A stretch of DNA of 64,000 nucleotides. Origin: an uncultured Bacteroidales bacterium. GTDB lineage: Bacteria > Bacteroidota > Bacteroidia > Bacteroidales > GCA-2748055. Positions 19,938-29,148 of this stretch are shown here, piece by piece; positions within the stretch are counted from its first letter, which is position 1; each line of letters opens with the position of its first letter. A program made the translations under genes and the position numbers. The stretch lies in NCBI GenBank assembly GCA_963779845.1, contig CAVZZV010000002.1:53140-117139 (forward strand). Direction: 5' to 3'. The notes beneath the pieces are model-generated. The model did no database searches, was not told the DNA's origin, and saw only the letters and a list, made by a program, of their open reading frames with translations.

Positions 19938-21053
19938 TTACCAACTTTTTTTGCATAACGACAGCACTCCCATACAGCTCTTATAGGCTTGTTCAGGATG
20001 TTGTTTTATTTCCAGCAGATTAGTAATGAAGAGCTTTACATCTTCATCTATTGAGGCTGCCCAGTTGATAAATCGTTGTGGAGTCCATTCTGTAATAAAC
20101 TGATGAGTTGTTGCTAAATGTTCCGTAACCGTTGTATAATTATAGAGCCGCAAATCTCTTTTGTGGATAGCAATGCGATTGTATTTATAATAAACTTCTA
20201 CCTTTTCACTGGTGTACATTATCTTTACCTTTTTACGGATATGCTGGAAAGGCACACTGTAATAATGTTTATCCACACCCAGCAAAACATGTCCGTTTTG
20301 CATTACTGTCGCAAAGCAAGTTGCTTTATTTCATAGCGTTCCACTGGCAGTGGCGATAGCTTTTCCTTTTCTATTTCATTAAACAAATCTTTTCGTGAGT
20401 GTGGTCGCCCGGTAAGTTTCTAGTTGTTATGTATTTCCAACTCTTTCCAAATAGCTTCATTCAGATCCTTTAGGTTATGAAAGACCTGTTTTCTTAGTAC
20501 TGGGTATATCCTTTGATAAAGTATTTTGACAGCTCCCTCTGCTAAAGATTTATCCCTGGGTTTATAAGCTCTGGCTGGTAGTATGGTAGTCCCATAATAC
20601 TCTGCAAAATCCAGAAAGGTCTCATTTATAGTCGGCTCATATCGGTTACTTTTTGAGACAGCGGACTTTAAGTTATCTGGGACAATGGCAGCAGGAACTC
20701 CTTCATACTAATGCATGGCGTTTTCTGTTGAGACAATAAAATCTTCTTTCTTTTGGCTCTCTAGATGCTTCTGCATAGGTATATTGACTTGCCCCTAGAA
20801 TAGAAACATAGAACTGTACTTCTTTAATCTCCCCTGTATCTTTATCAACCAGCTCCAGTGTTTTTCCTGCATAATCAATAAACATCTTGTCTCCGGCTTT
20901 ATGGTTCATATGCATCACTGGGTTGACTTTCTTGCTCCAGCGCAGATAGTGCTCGCAGAACTGAGAACTCATTAAACCGTCAGGTTGCTGCTTATAATAC
21001 TCCTCCCACATCGATTGCTTGGTTGTGCCGGTCTTTTTAAGCTCCCGTTCCAT
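19938..21053 (-). pseudogene. istA: IstA transposase, multiply frameshifted
   Basis: ORF 20703..21053 reads LMSSQFCEHYLRWSKK...HKAGDKMFIDYAGKT...VSILGASQYTYAEAS. ORF 19938..20303 is the C-terminal part. The DDE middle lies in other frames. Confidence 0.8.
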
Positions 21054-21180
21054 ATATGGAAAAAGGCATAAACGGTCTTTAACTTCGGGGAAAGAGTCTG
21101 CGTATTACTAACATACATTTATTAAAAATTAAATGCACGAAAATACGGCTTCAACAACATGAAAAAGGGATGCTTTTTTT

Positions 21181-21325
21181 AGGTGGTCAGTTTGCTCCGG
21201 TAATGGTGGTCACTTTACTCCGGTAATGGTGGTCACTTTACTCCGGAATCGGGTGGTCACTTTGGACCGGTAGGGGTGGTCAGTTTAAACCGGTTTTCGG
21301 TGGTCAATTTGACCGGTTTTTCCAA
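21181..21325. repeat. IS21 right-end block: six tandem 22-24-bp repeats (GGTGGTCAnTTTnnnCCGG...)
   Basis: The units are GGTGGTCAGTTTGCTCCGGTAAT, GGTGGTCACTTTACTCCGGTAAT, GGTGGTCACTTTACTCCGGAATCG, GGTGGTCACTTTGGACCGGTAGGG, GTGGTCAGTTTAAACCGGTTTTC and GGTGGTCAATTTGACCGGTTTTTCC. Confidence 0.85.
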
Positions 21326-21339
21326 TCAGGCCAATTTAT

Positions 21340-21582
21340 CATCGATTACAGCAAAGGATCCAAGCGCATATTACCATAAACTTTGTAGCATACAAAATAT
21401 ATAAAGAGCTAGAAAGACAATTAAGGGAGAAAATGGCCGAATTTAGCTGTAAGCAAGCGATAGATATCGCAAAGACTATTTATGCCATCGAAATAAAAGA
21501 CCCTAGTACTGGTAAGGTCTCCAAAGAAACGCTATTCCTAAATGACGAACAAATACGACTGGCTGATCTATTTGAATTCTAA
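21340..21582 (+). pseudogene. DDE transposase (IS4/IS1634-like) C-terminal remnant
   Basis: The frame reads AHITINFVAYKIYKELERQLREKMAEFSCKQAIDIAKTIYAIEIKDP...LFLNDEQIRLADLFEF*. No N-terminal part is present. Confidence 0.4.
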
Positions 21583-21819
21583 GTTGGGTGTCCCAGTGCG
21601 GAACTCAGGAGATCCGCCTCCGGATCCGGACGAACCTCGATTGGTATAAAACCAGGTGTGATTGCTGTTGCTTCGTCTTTCGAATTTTCCTCACGGTATT
21701 TCTCTACCCAGTAATGGAATGTAGCATCTACACACACACTCAACGGTTAAATTGAAAGATGGGTTGGTAGGACGGATACGGGTTTGAGAAATTCTATGTG
21801 AATTTCAAGACTTTATTTG

Positions 21820-22296
21820 TCAATCTTCAATAGTTATCTCAAATTCAGCAATCTCAGAAATGGCATTGCTTTCATTCACAACTAAAAATCTGAAAACATG
21901 AATACCAATTGATTTTTGGTCTGCTGTTATTGTAAAAGTATTTTCAGCATCCGATTGACGCAATCGCGTTCCAATACGTTGATATTCTAAATTTTCACTA
22001 TGTGGATCGGAGGCATGTACTATAACAGAAGTCTCACCCTCATTTAATACAGATTTTGTTGCAGTTATTGAATCAATAGTCGGGGATAGCATTGTATTAT
22101 CTGACTGTATATAACATACATTATTCATTATATCAGAAGACTCACTATTGGGATCAGTAGCCATAGCTATTATCAATGCTGTTGAATCCAATTTCACAAC
22201 TCTTTTACTTGTTGCAAATAATTCAATCTTTGGTTGACGGATTGAAGAATCAAATTCCGGCGAAGGATGGTCAACACTTCCGTCTTTTCCAGCCAA
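21820..22296 (-). CDS. Hypothetical protein, possibly 5'-truncated
   Basis: 158-aa ORF with no recognisable motifs. It lacks a signal peptide and adjoins transposase debris. Confidence 0.3.
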   Translation of the reverse strand: MAGKDGSVDHPSPEFDSSIRQPKIELFATSKRVVKLDSTALIIAMATDPNSESSDIMNNVCYIQSDNTMLSPTIDSITATKSVLNEGETSVIVHASDPHSENLEYQRIGTRLRQSDAENTFTITADQKSIGIHVFRFLVVNESNAISEIAEFEITIED

Positions 22297-22443
22297 TTAC
22301 ACTGACCTTTAATCTTCAAGCACAGAGTTAGAATCTCTCATAACCATGAATAATCTTCCCTGTTTTCACTCAAATCCTGGCGCCAAACTGGCAACAATGA
22401 AAAAACCACCTACAAAATAAATTGTAAGTGGTTGATTTTTAAG

Positions 22444-22517
22444 TGGGCCCAGCTGGGCTCGAACCAGCGACCCTCTGATTATGAGTCAGATGCTCTAACC
22501 AGCTGAGCTATGGGCCC
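22444..22517 (-). tRNA. tRNA with CAU anticodon (elongator Met or lysidine-modified Ile2), CCA not encoded
   Basis: The minus strand reads GGGCCCATAGCTCAGCTGGTTAGAGCATCTGACTCATAATCAGAGGGTCGCTGGTTCGAGCCCAGCTGGGCCCA. It folds as a full cloverleaf with a 7-bp acceptor stem and the anticodon loop CTCATAA. Confidence 0.95.
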
Positions 22518-22610
22518 TAAATACTTTAATTGCTTAGGAAGCAATAGGCTGGACAATTTATTATTAAATAAAGAACCTTGGAACCAGCTGACCGATAGCT
22601 GGCGGGAATG

Positions 22611-22642
22611 ATCCCTGAAAACAGTTTCCTGTTTTTAGGGAT
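22611..22642. terminator. 14-bp stem / 4-nt loop hairpin
   Basis: ATCCCTGAAAACAG (22611-22624), loop TTTC, then CTGTTTTTAGGGAT (22629-22642), with one mismatch. It lies downstream of the minus-strand 28992->22761 gene string. No clean U-tract follows. Confidence 0.4.
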
Positions 22643-22760
22643 TGCAATATTAAGGAATTGTATGCAATTTACCAATAATAAATTGAATTTATCTTCCTTT
22701 GTTTTGAGAAGAATTATACATCTGGATAATTTCGGGTAAATGCTATTTTGCAGGCCCCTT

Positions 22761-23069
22761 CTATATTGGGGAATCCACTATTGGATGGTCATTCTCAAAG
22801 TCATAAAAGGTCTTTCTCATCAGGTCTGAAAGGAGAAGTTTATAGCTTATAAAGGATTCCAGGCGTGAAATATAGGCATTATTAAGTCTTTCGCGTTCGA
22901 GGGCGATGGCCTGACTATCTATTTCACCATTGGAATATCGTTGATGGCTTATTTCAAAGCTTTTCTCCGCTACCAGTACATTTTTCTCCATCAATCTCAA
23001 TCTTCGCAAACTGCTCCTAAGTTGCCCGATCAGTGTTCTTACCGCTCTTTCAATACTAATTTCTGAAAA
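22761..23069 (-). pseudogene. TolC-family outer-membrane efflux protein, C-terminal remnant (about 100 aa)
   Basis: ...RRLRLMEKNVLVAEKSFEISHQRYSNGEIDSQAIALERERLNNAYISRLESFISYKLLLSDL matches the last coiled-coil repeat of TolC-like proteins. The open frame begins only about 13 nt after the stop of the upstream gene. Confidence 0.6.
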
Positions 23070-23082
23070 ACCATCAAGTTAA

Positions 23083-24528
23083 TCAATTGACCAATGGGCA
23101 ATCAAATGTTTTGTTCTTTTTCATGCAGCCAAATACCAGGTTCATTCCGATACGCACGTTGATATCCCTCGTATCATAGGGCCAGAGGGCAACAGAGGGG
23201 CCCGTATCCGTTATGATGTATAAATTGAAGGGCCCCGGGGTTAAGGACAAACCGATCCCCAGATTATTGTATTTCTGGTTCATTACCGTGTAACTAAGGC
23301 TGGCGTTCAGGGCTTTGAAAGGATGGAAATTGGCAGAGAGGGTTAGTTGCTCGCGGATGTCACGCGGATAGAAAACTGTTTTCGACAACAAGCCGAAACT
23401 AATTTTAGGGTGTACGAAAAACGCTGCCCCTGCATACAGTTTTGTGGGAAGCCATGTATTATAGGATGCCTCTTTTGTATCGGATTGAATATAGGTTTGG
23501 TCCAGGGAATCAAGAAATGTCTCCACAAAATCTTCGTCATCAAGGTTCACCTCAATGCCCCTGAAATCATAGTCTGCATTACTGCTGATGTTTATTGCAT
23601 TGTCCTTCCATTTTATGGATCCCAGATCGACCAGGCTTGCTGATACCTGAAGCCAATTTGTAGCCTTGAAATCGGCCCCGATATCAAGGCCGAGTCCGAA
23701 ATTTTCCGGGTTTAAGATTAACCGGAAAAGATCATTTTTGAGCTCCCCATCCTCCTTCAAATCTGAATTTTCCAGATCGACCATTCCCTCAGAATCATAG
23801 GCAAAATCCAAAAAAGGCAGGGAGGCGTTTACCAGTAAGTCCGAATGGACCTTCCATAACTCTTCTGAAGTTTCCAGCTTCATATCGAAGCGTTTTGTTT
23901 GCAGGTTTGCCTGTCCGAACAGCAATTTACCACGGATCCCCACCGTCAGTTTTTCTCCTATCTGCTGGGAAATTCCCATGGCTAACTCGGTAAATGAGGT
24001 GAGATCTACTCCCAGGCCGTTTAGATCGAAAAAAAGTGCCGAATCAGGGCCGATTAACGGGAGCCGGGCCAGGTCGGCCGGATAACCCACCCGGGCTTGA
24101 ATCCGCTGATTGATATCAAAGCTAAACCAGGTATCCCAATTTTTTGATTTAAATCCAAAAGAAGCAATTCCCAGGGTTACTTCCGACTCAAAACTGTTCT
24201 TGTTCCTGAGCAGGGCGAGAAAGGACTCCTGACTGTTTTTTATGGCAAGGGGATGCAGAAAACTGACCAGCGAATCGATTTGGGGATTGTACTCCAGCAC
24301 ATCGGTCAAACCAAATGCTGAATTTTTCGCCTGTACCTGCAGAGGAGCCATTATTGGCAAACCGATAAACGAATTGCATTCGGAATGAAAGGCCGGATTT
24401 ATCTGATATCGCTGGGGAACTCCATGCATGAAAAACATGGTATTCGATTGCTGGGCCATCGATCGGGGAACCACCAGGAACAGACTGAAAATTAGCATGA
24501 TCACGGAAAGGATAAATTTATTTCGCAT
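23083..24528 (-). CDS. Uncharacterised outer-membrane beta-barrel-like protein with a PorP/SprF-like N-terminal motif
   Basis: 481 aa with the signal peptide MRNKFILSVIMLIFSLFLVVPRSMAQQ. The mature N-terminus is QQSNTMFFMHGVPQRYQINPAF. Compare PorP/SprF in this window: QQDPEFSQTRSVLNFFNPGSAG. It has alternating beta-strand-like sequence throughout. Confidence 0.55.
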   Translation of the reverse strand: MRNKFILSVIMLIFSLFLVVPRSMAQQSNTMFFMHGVPQRYQINPAFHSECNSFIGLPIMAPLQVQAKNSAFGLTDVLEYNPQIDSLVSFLHPLAIKNSQESFLALLRNKNSFESEVTLGIASFGFKSKNWDTWFSFDINQRIQARVGYPADLARLPLIGPDSALFFDLNGLGVDLTSFTELAMGISQQIGEKLTVGIRGKLLFGQANLQTKRFDMKLETSEELWKVHSDLLVNASLPFLDFAYDSEGMVDLENSDLKEDGELKNDLFRLILNPENFGLGLDIGADFKATNWLQVSASLVDLGSIKWKDNAINISSNADYDFRGIEVNLDDEDFVETFLDSLDQTYIQSDTKEASYNTWLPTKLYAGAAFFVHPKISFGLLSKTVFYPRDIREQLTLSANFHPFKALNASLSYTVMNQKYNNLGIGLSLTPGPFNLYIITDTGPSVALWPYDTRDINVRIGMNLVFGCMKKNKTFDCPLVN

Positions 24529-24555
24529 AGTCTGATTTTTACCTTAATTTTTTGA

Positions 24556-26220
24556 TTAAAGATCGCGTGTATTCAGATTCAACCTGGCTTTAAGTTTTAA
24601 CTTAAAATCTATGGTATAATAGGAATAGTATTTAACAAATTTGTTTTGGTCAGCTCCGGTAGAATTGAGTGTGGCACGCACCAACAGATGCTTTGTTGGT
24701 TTTACTTTTTCAATCCGCGAAGCGGTTATTTCCACCGTTTTTTCCTCTGTTACAGCAGGCCCTGCTTTTTCATTATTATCCAGGCCGGCCCCATGCAGTA
24801 AAAAATCATTATCATGGAACAGGGAATCCAGTGTAACATAATTTTCATCTTTGAAATATAGCTGTAATTTAACTTGTGCCGGGATTCTGTTTTGCGCCTC
24901 CATGCCCAGGCGAAGATACTCTACGAAGTCAGTATCCTCCCCAAACTCATTTTCATAATCCCAATCGAGGGTATCTTCCAGTATAAAGCCATCGGCCCTG
25001 ACCCAGAGCGGGAGTAATACCTCCAGGTCAATCTTCATGTCGCTCGAATCGGTTGCAAAATTATTGGCAGAGGTTGGATTTCCGGGATTAGTAATAGCAT
25101 TCACACTATAAGTGAACGATTCCGGTTGTATATTCATCGCTTCATCAATATTGGAGTTATCCTTATTGATCTCGATCAGGGTGGTATCAGCCTGACCGAT
25201 CCGGTCAATAGCTGGTGCCGTGACCTGAAAGGGGTTTATGCCTGTAAAAACCAGCGTCGAAGTGGAGTTATTCTTTTTTGACCTGGCCACCATATTGGAA
25301 AGCTCCAGGCTTACCGGTACTCCATATGAATTCTCCACTGAGATCTGGATTTTTGGATCAGCAAAGAAAATATTTCCTTTCTGGAGGGCGTCGTCAAATA
25401 GGTCAATGTCAACCTCTCCGGAATTCAATAAAACTTCATGGTCCCCTAAATAACCAAATACCGATGAGAACTCAATATTTCTTATGGAAATAGCAATGCT
25501 GCAACTTTCATCCGAATTAATGGCGGCTCCCGAATTCACCAGTTTTAGCTCATAGGTAAATGGAATAGTGGTTAGGGTCGGATCGGTATTGTCGAGAGTC
25601 ACGATAGCCCCATCGACCGGAATATCCGCATCGTAAGAGAAGTTGCCGCTGGCATCACTAATTTGAACCTCCCGGCTGAACTTTTCCCCGTTGATAAGAA
25701 TATTTTCGGAAGTAACGGTTATTGACCCAGAGTGATGAAACTCCGATTCAACATGGATATGAAGAGTTGTTTGTTTTATTCTGATGCTGTCCAGCCGTTC
25801 ATTGTTCTCAAAAACAAATTCTTCTTTCTTTTCTTTTACAAAGGTTATCTCATCTCCCAACCCGCTCACCAGCCATTCGGGGATATTAATATCGGAGCTG
25901 ATGTAAATTTCCGGGAAATCCTGATCGGGAATATTTAAAATCTCACTGGCCTTATACGACATCAACTCTTTCTTGTATACAAGATAAAGCAGGCTGTCTT
26001 CAAATTTTTTAACCCGCCCGGCAGTGTCAAATTTATTAATGAGATCGTCAATGGACAGGATTCCGTATGCCAGTGGGGCTGCTATCCCGGGATTTATCTC
26101 TATTTCATCCGAAATTCGGTCAAGATCCCAATGGTCATCAAAGCAGGAATTAAGACCAAGGATGAACAGGAAAAAAAGAATCCCGCGAAATGCTCTGTGA
26201 AAGGTTTTGTGATATATCAT
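24556..26220 (-). CDS. Uncharacterised lipoprotein
   Basis: The best start is M24 of ORF 24556..26289. The signal peptide MIYHKTFHRAFRGILFFLFILGLNSC has a lipobox Cys. The remaining sequence of about 530 aa has no recognised catalytic motif. Confidence 0.6.
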   Translation of the reverse strand: MIYHKTFHRAFRGILFFLFILGLNSCFDDHWDLDRISDEIEINPGIAAPLAYGILSIDDLINKFDTAGRVKKFEDSLLYLVYKKELMSYKASEILNIPDQDFPEIYISSDINIPEWLVSGLGDEITFVKEKKEEFVFENNERLDSIRIKQTTLHIHVESEFHHSGSITVTSENILINGEKFSREVQISDASGNFSYDADIPVDGAIVTLDNTDPTLTTIPFTYELKLVNSGAAINSDESCSIAISIRNIEFSSVFGYLGDHEVLLNSGEVDIDLFDDALQKGNIFFADPKIQISVENSYGVPVSLELSNMVARSKKNNSTSTLVFTGINPFQVTAPAIDRIGQADTTLIEINKDNSNIDEAMNIQPESFTYSVNAITNPGNPTSANNFATDSSDMKIDLEVLLPLWVRADGFILEDTLDWDYENEFGEDTDFVEYLRLGMEAQNRIPAQVKLQLYFKDENYVTLDSLFHDNDFLLHGAGLDNNEKAGPAVTEEKTVEITASRIEKVKPTKHLLVRATLNSTGADQNKFVKYYSYYTIDFKLKLKARLNLNTRDL

Positions 26221-26295
26221 AAAACTAAAATTTTCGTGCTTATAACCAAATACTTCACCCTCCCTAAAAGGAAGAGGAGATATTAACATTCATCC

Positions 26296-28992
26296 CTATT
26301 TTACGGAATAATTGTATAAAAAGTTATCATTATTGGCTACAATCAGATTGAAGCGCCCGATTAAACCGGGAAAACTGCTAATACTGAAGGCCGATGAGCC
26401 TAAAAGGGGGAATCCTTCATAAAGAGAACCATCCTTGTTAAAAAGATAAATTCTGTCTGAAATGTTCGCGACAATCCCTATTTTTTTGTCTGTAGGGGAG
26501 AATTCAAATATAACCGGAGGTATGGTTATCTTATCAGGAAGGGCCTCCTCGAAGAGCAGACGGCCATCTTCGGAATAGGCCATCAATCTTTTTCCGTCAA
26601 CGAAGAGATATTCCGGCTGTCCATTTCCGTCAAGATCGGTTAGGATGAAGAAATGGTGACTACTCAACGACATTTCCAGCACTTTCTTTACACTTCCATC
26701 AAAATAGAAATAATATATTGTTCCGGAAGTGTCCGAGCCTGCGAGGTAGGCATGCTGAGATTGCAAATTGAAAGGGAACAAGGGGTTATTCGCTGAATGC
26801 TCAATTTGTTTGGTGGGAGTTACCCGTTTATCCCCTCTCCGGTCAAGGAGATATACCTGGGTTTTATCATAGGCAACAATGAAATCCCTGTTTCCTATCC
26901 GGTAATGGTTTACAGGGTGAAGGACGGGAAAATCCGATTTTTTAAATTTCCAGCCGGGAAGCACTTTCCCTTCACCATCGTACATATAAATATCATTATT
27001 CTCTGAAGGCAGACAAATGCGAAAGCTGTGATCATTCTCGTAATCAAAGAGGGATAAACCTGCAGTAGCTTTTTCACGGAGATTAACCGGAAATCGACCG
27101 ACCGGGTTCCCATTTCGATCGATGAGATAGATTTTGGAAGCAGTATTGAAAAGTAACTGAAGTTTCCCGTTATTGAAAAAATCAACCTGATGCACTTCAT
27201 CCATGATCGGGCCGTCAATCTGCTGCTTCCATAAAACAATCCCTGCATTATCCAACAGATAAATATTGTTGTACCCATCCTGTAAAAAAATTTCCTTTTC
27301 CATGGTATTATGATTTAACACAATGGCAGGCTTAAAAACAGCATTGGTTTCGAGTTTTCGTTCCCATACTGTATTCACATACTCACGGATACTGCCAGAA
27401 TAATGCAGGAAAATATGGAAATAATGTATATCCTCTTCACTTGTGCTTTGAAGGCTCACCGCATCGAATTTTTTCCAGCTTTTCAGGGCTTTATTCAGGG
27501 ACATTTTAGGTCCATCCTTTAAAACCTCAAGGATGGGGAGCATATACCGGGAAGGGTTAAAATAGATAAACAGGTTGGATTTACTGTCAAAATTGTTTTT
27601 TAGGGCGATGTAATATTTGTCATTATCGAGGGTTTTCCCCAGTTTATTTTGGTAGATGAAAGATTTTAAGGATGAAGGTGAATTGCCGAAAACAATAAAA
27701 TTGTCAACGAAGCTGAAATATTCGTAATCGGTTTCAGGATACAAAGCCGGAAAAATCAGGGAAGGCAATCCGGAAAGAGGAGACTTGTATATGTAAGTAT
27801 TTGTTTGATTATCGGCCACTACCGCCTCCCTGTATTGTTCATATTTTTCCCCTTTTCCCTCCACGGTCGATTGTACCCAGCTGGAAAGGGCCATTTCTGC
27901 AATACTCCTTGCAGATACCGAGGCAATAAAGTACTTTGAGAAACCCTTCGCCTCGCTAAGGACCACCTCTCCGGCTTCCCGGGAGAATAATAATGACAGA
28001 TTCTCAGGAAGTATTATATCCGGGGGATGGCTTCCTTCCAAATCCTTCATCCTGTTGAAAAGCTTCCTGGCATCGTTAAAGCCTGTTAACCTGAAAAAAG
28101 CAATATTCGAAGGGATAATTTTATCGATGGAAAATTCAACGGGTTCCTGGCCCTGTAGTACTGACATGAATTGCATGGAGGAATCGCTTGTTCCTGTAAA
28201 TCCGTTCAGGGTAATATTGTCAGGATTCAAATGCAGGTCAAGCACTGAAAATTCCGCGAACTCCCTCAGGCGTGTTTTTTTCTCCGGCAACAATATTTCA
28301 TTCAGCATTGGCGCCAGCTCCTGATAATTAAGGTAGATATTTGCGATTGCATCGTTCCCTCTGGTAGACCGCAGCCGTTCAAATTTTTTATTTTCCCCTT
28401 TGCCTTTTTGGTTTTTCAATGCACTTATTTCAGTTTCAATCAATTCAGTGCTGGAAGCAAGGATGAATAATCCGGAAAACTCAAAGAACGAAAGTTCGTT
28501 GAGAATATTTCCCGGTTTAAAATGAAGGTCGTATACGGTTTGTCCTTTAAATTTTCTTTTGTTGATCCCAGCCTCATTGCTTAGTATTTTCAGCATTTCC
28601 TGAGTAACTTTCTCTTTCCCGGGATTTAAAATGAAGAGGATTCCGTAACCATCCGAAACGGGATTTACAGAAATAATCATTGGGGAGCGGAGAATGGACC
28701 TAAACTGCGGAGAGTGACGGGATATACTATCAATTTGAGCTATTTGCCTGTCGATTTGGGTTATTATTTTGTAAGACCGGAATTCTTTCCATATCTCATT
28801 ATGATTATGAAGGTTGCCTGCCAGTTGTGAATAGTTTTCTGTTTCCAGAAAAAGGATGGCTGAACCGGGTACGGCTTCATAGGGCTCCAGGTTTTTTAAA
28901 CTTCCAGCCCGGAGCCATAAGTATCCGTATACCAGTCCCACGATCAGGATGGCGGGGATAAGGATAGTCAAAACTCTCTTAAATAAATCCAT
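26296..28992 (-). CDS. Uncharacterised N-terminally membrane-anchored protein with a C-terminal beta-propeller-like repeat region
   Basis: 898 aa with the N-terminal TM segment VLTILIPAILIVGLVYGYLWL. The C-terminal 350 aa or so has 7-8 repeats of the type IYLLDNAGIVLWK / IYLIDRNGNPVGRFP / IYMYDGEGKVLPGWK / VYLLDRRGDKRV / IYLFNKDGSLYEGFP, plus an FG-GAP-like DLDGNGQPEYLF. Confidence 0.6.
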   Translation of the reverse strand: MDLFKRVLTILIPAILIVGLVYGYLWLRAGSLKNLEPYEAVPGSAILFLETENYSQLAGNLHNHNEIWKEFRSYKIITQIDRQIAQIDSISRHSPQFRSILRSPMIISVNPVSDGYGILFILNPGKEKVTQEMLKILSNEAGINKRKFKGQTVYDLHFKPGNILNELSFFEFSGLFILASSTELIETEISALKNQKGKGENKKFERLRSTRGNDAIANIYLNYQELAPMLNEILLPEKKTRLREFAEFSVLDLHLNPDNITLNGFTGTSDSSMQFMSVLQGQEPVEFSIDKIIPSNIAFFRLTGFNDARKLFNRMKDLEGSHPPDIILPENLSLLFSREAGEVVLSEAKGFSKYFIASVSARSIAEMALSSWVQSTVEGKGEKYEQYREAVVADNQTNTYIYKSPLSGLPSLIFPALYPETDYEYFSFVDNFIVFGNSPSSLKSFIYQNKLGKTLDNDKYYIALKNNFDSKSNLFIYFNPSRYMLPILEVLKDGPKMSLNKALKSWKKFDAVSLQSTSEEDIHYFHIFLHYSGSIREYVNTVWERKLETNAVFKPAIVLNHNTMEKEIFLQDGYNNIYLLDNAGIVLWKQQIDGPIMDEVHQVDFFNNGKLQLLFNTASKIYLIDRNGNPVGRFPVNLREKATAGLSLFDYENDHSFRICLPSENNDIYMYDGEGKVLPGWKFKKSDFPVLHPVNHYRIGNRDFIVAYDKTQVYLLDRRGDKRVTPTKQIEHSANNPLFPFNLQSQHAYLAGSDTSGTIYYFYFDGSVKKVLEMSLSSHHFFILTDLDGNGQPEYLFVDGKRLMAYSEDGRLLFEEALPDKITIPPVIFEFSPTDKKIGIVANISDRIYLFNKDGSLYEGFPLLGSSAFSISSFPGLIGRFNLIVANNDNFLYNYSVK

Positions 28993-29148
28993 ACTTCACT
29001 AATTCGTGTAAGTCAATTATTGGCTGCCATGGAAGCAACCTATGCAGCTACAAATATCAGGAATAAACAGGAAAGGAACAGGTTTTTTTATTAACAAAGC
29101 CAATACAGGATAGTGCTCTCAGTGAGCTGAATCACCTCATTGACAAAT

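Larger units (their letters stand above)
19209..21325 (-). mobile_element. Defective IS21-family insertion sequence
   Basis: The terminal inverted sequence TTGGAAAAACCGG is at 19209, and its reverse complement ends at 21325. Multiple internal GGTGGTCA-type repeats occur at both ends. The IstA and IstB genes are fragmented. Confidence 0.85.

Noticed and set aside
21181-21325. Six tandem repeats of about 23 bp that could superficially be taken for a CRISPR array
   Set aside because: The units are contiguous with no spacers. They degenerate progressively. They are mirrored in inverted orientation at 19209-19283, on the other side of the istA/istB remnants. They are IS21 terminal transposase-binding repeats.
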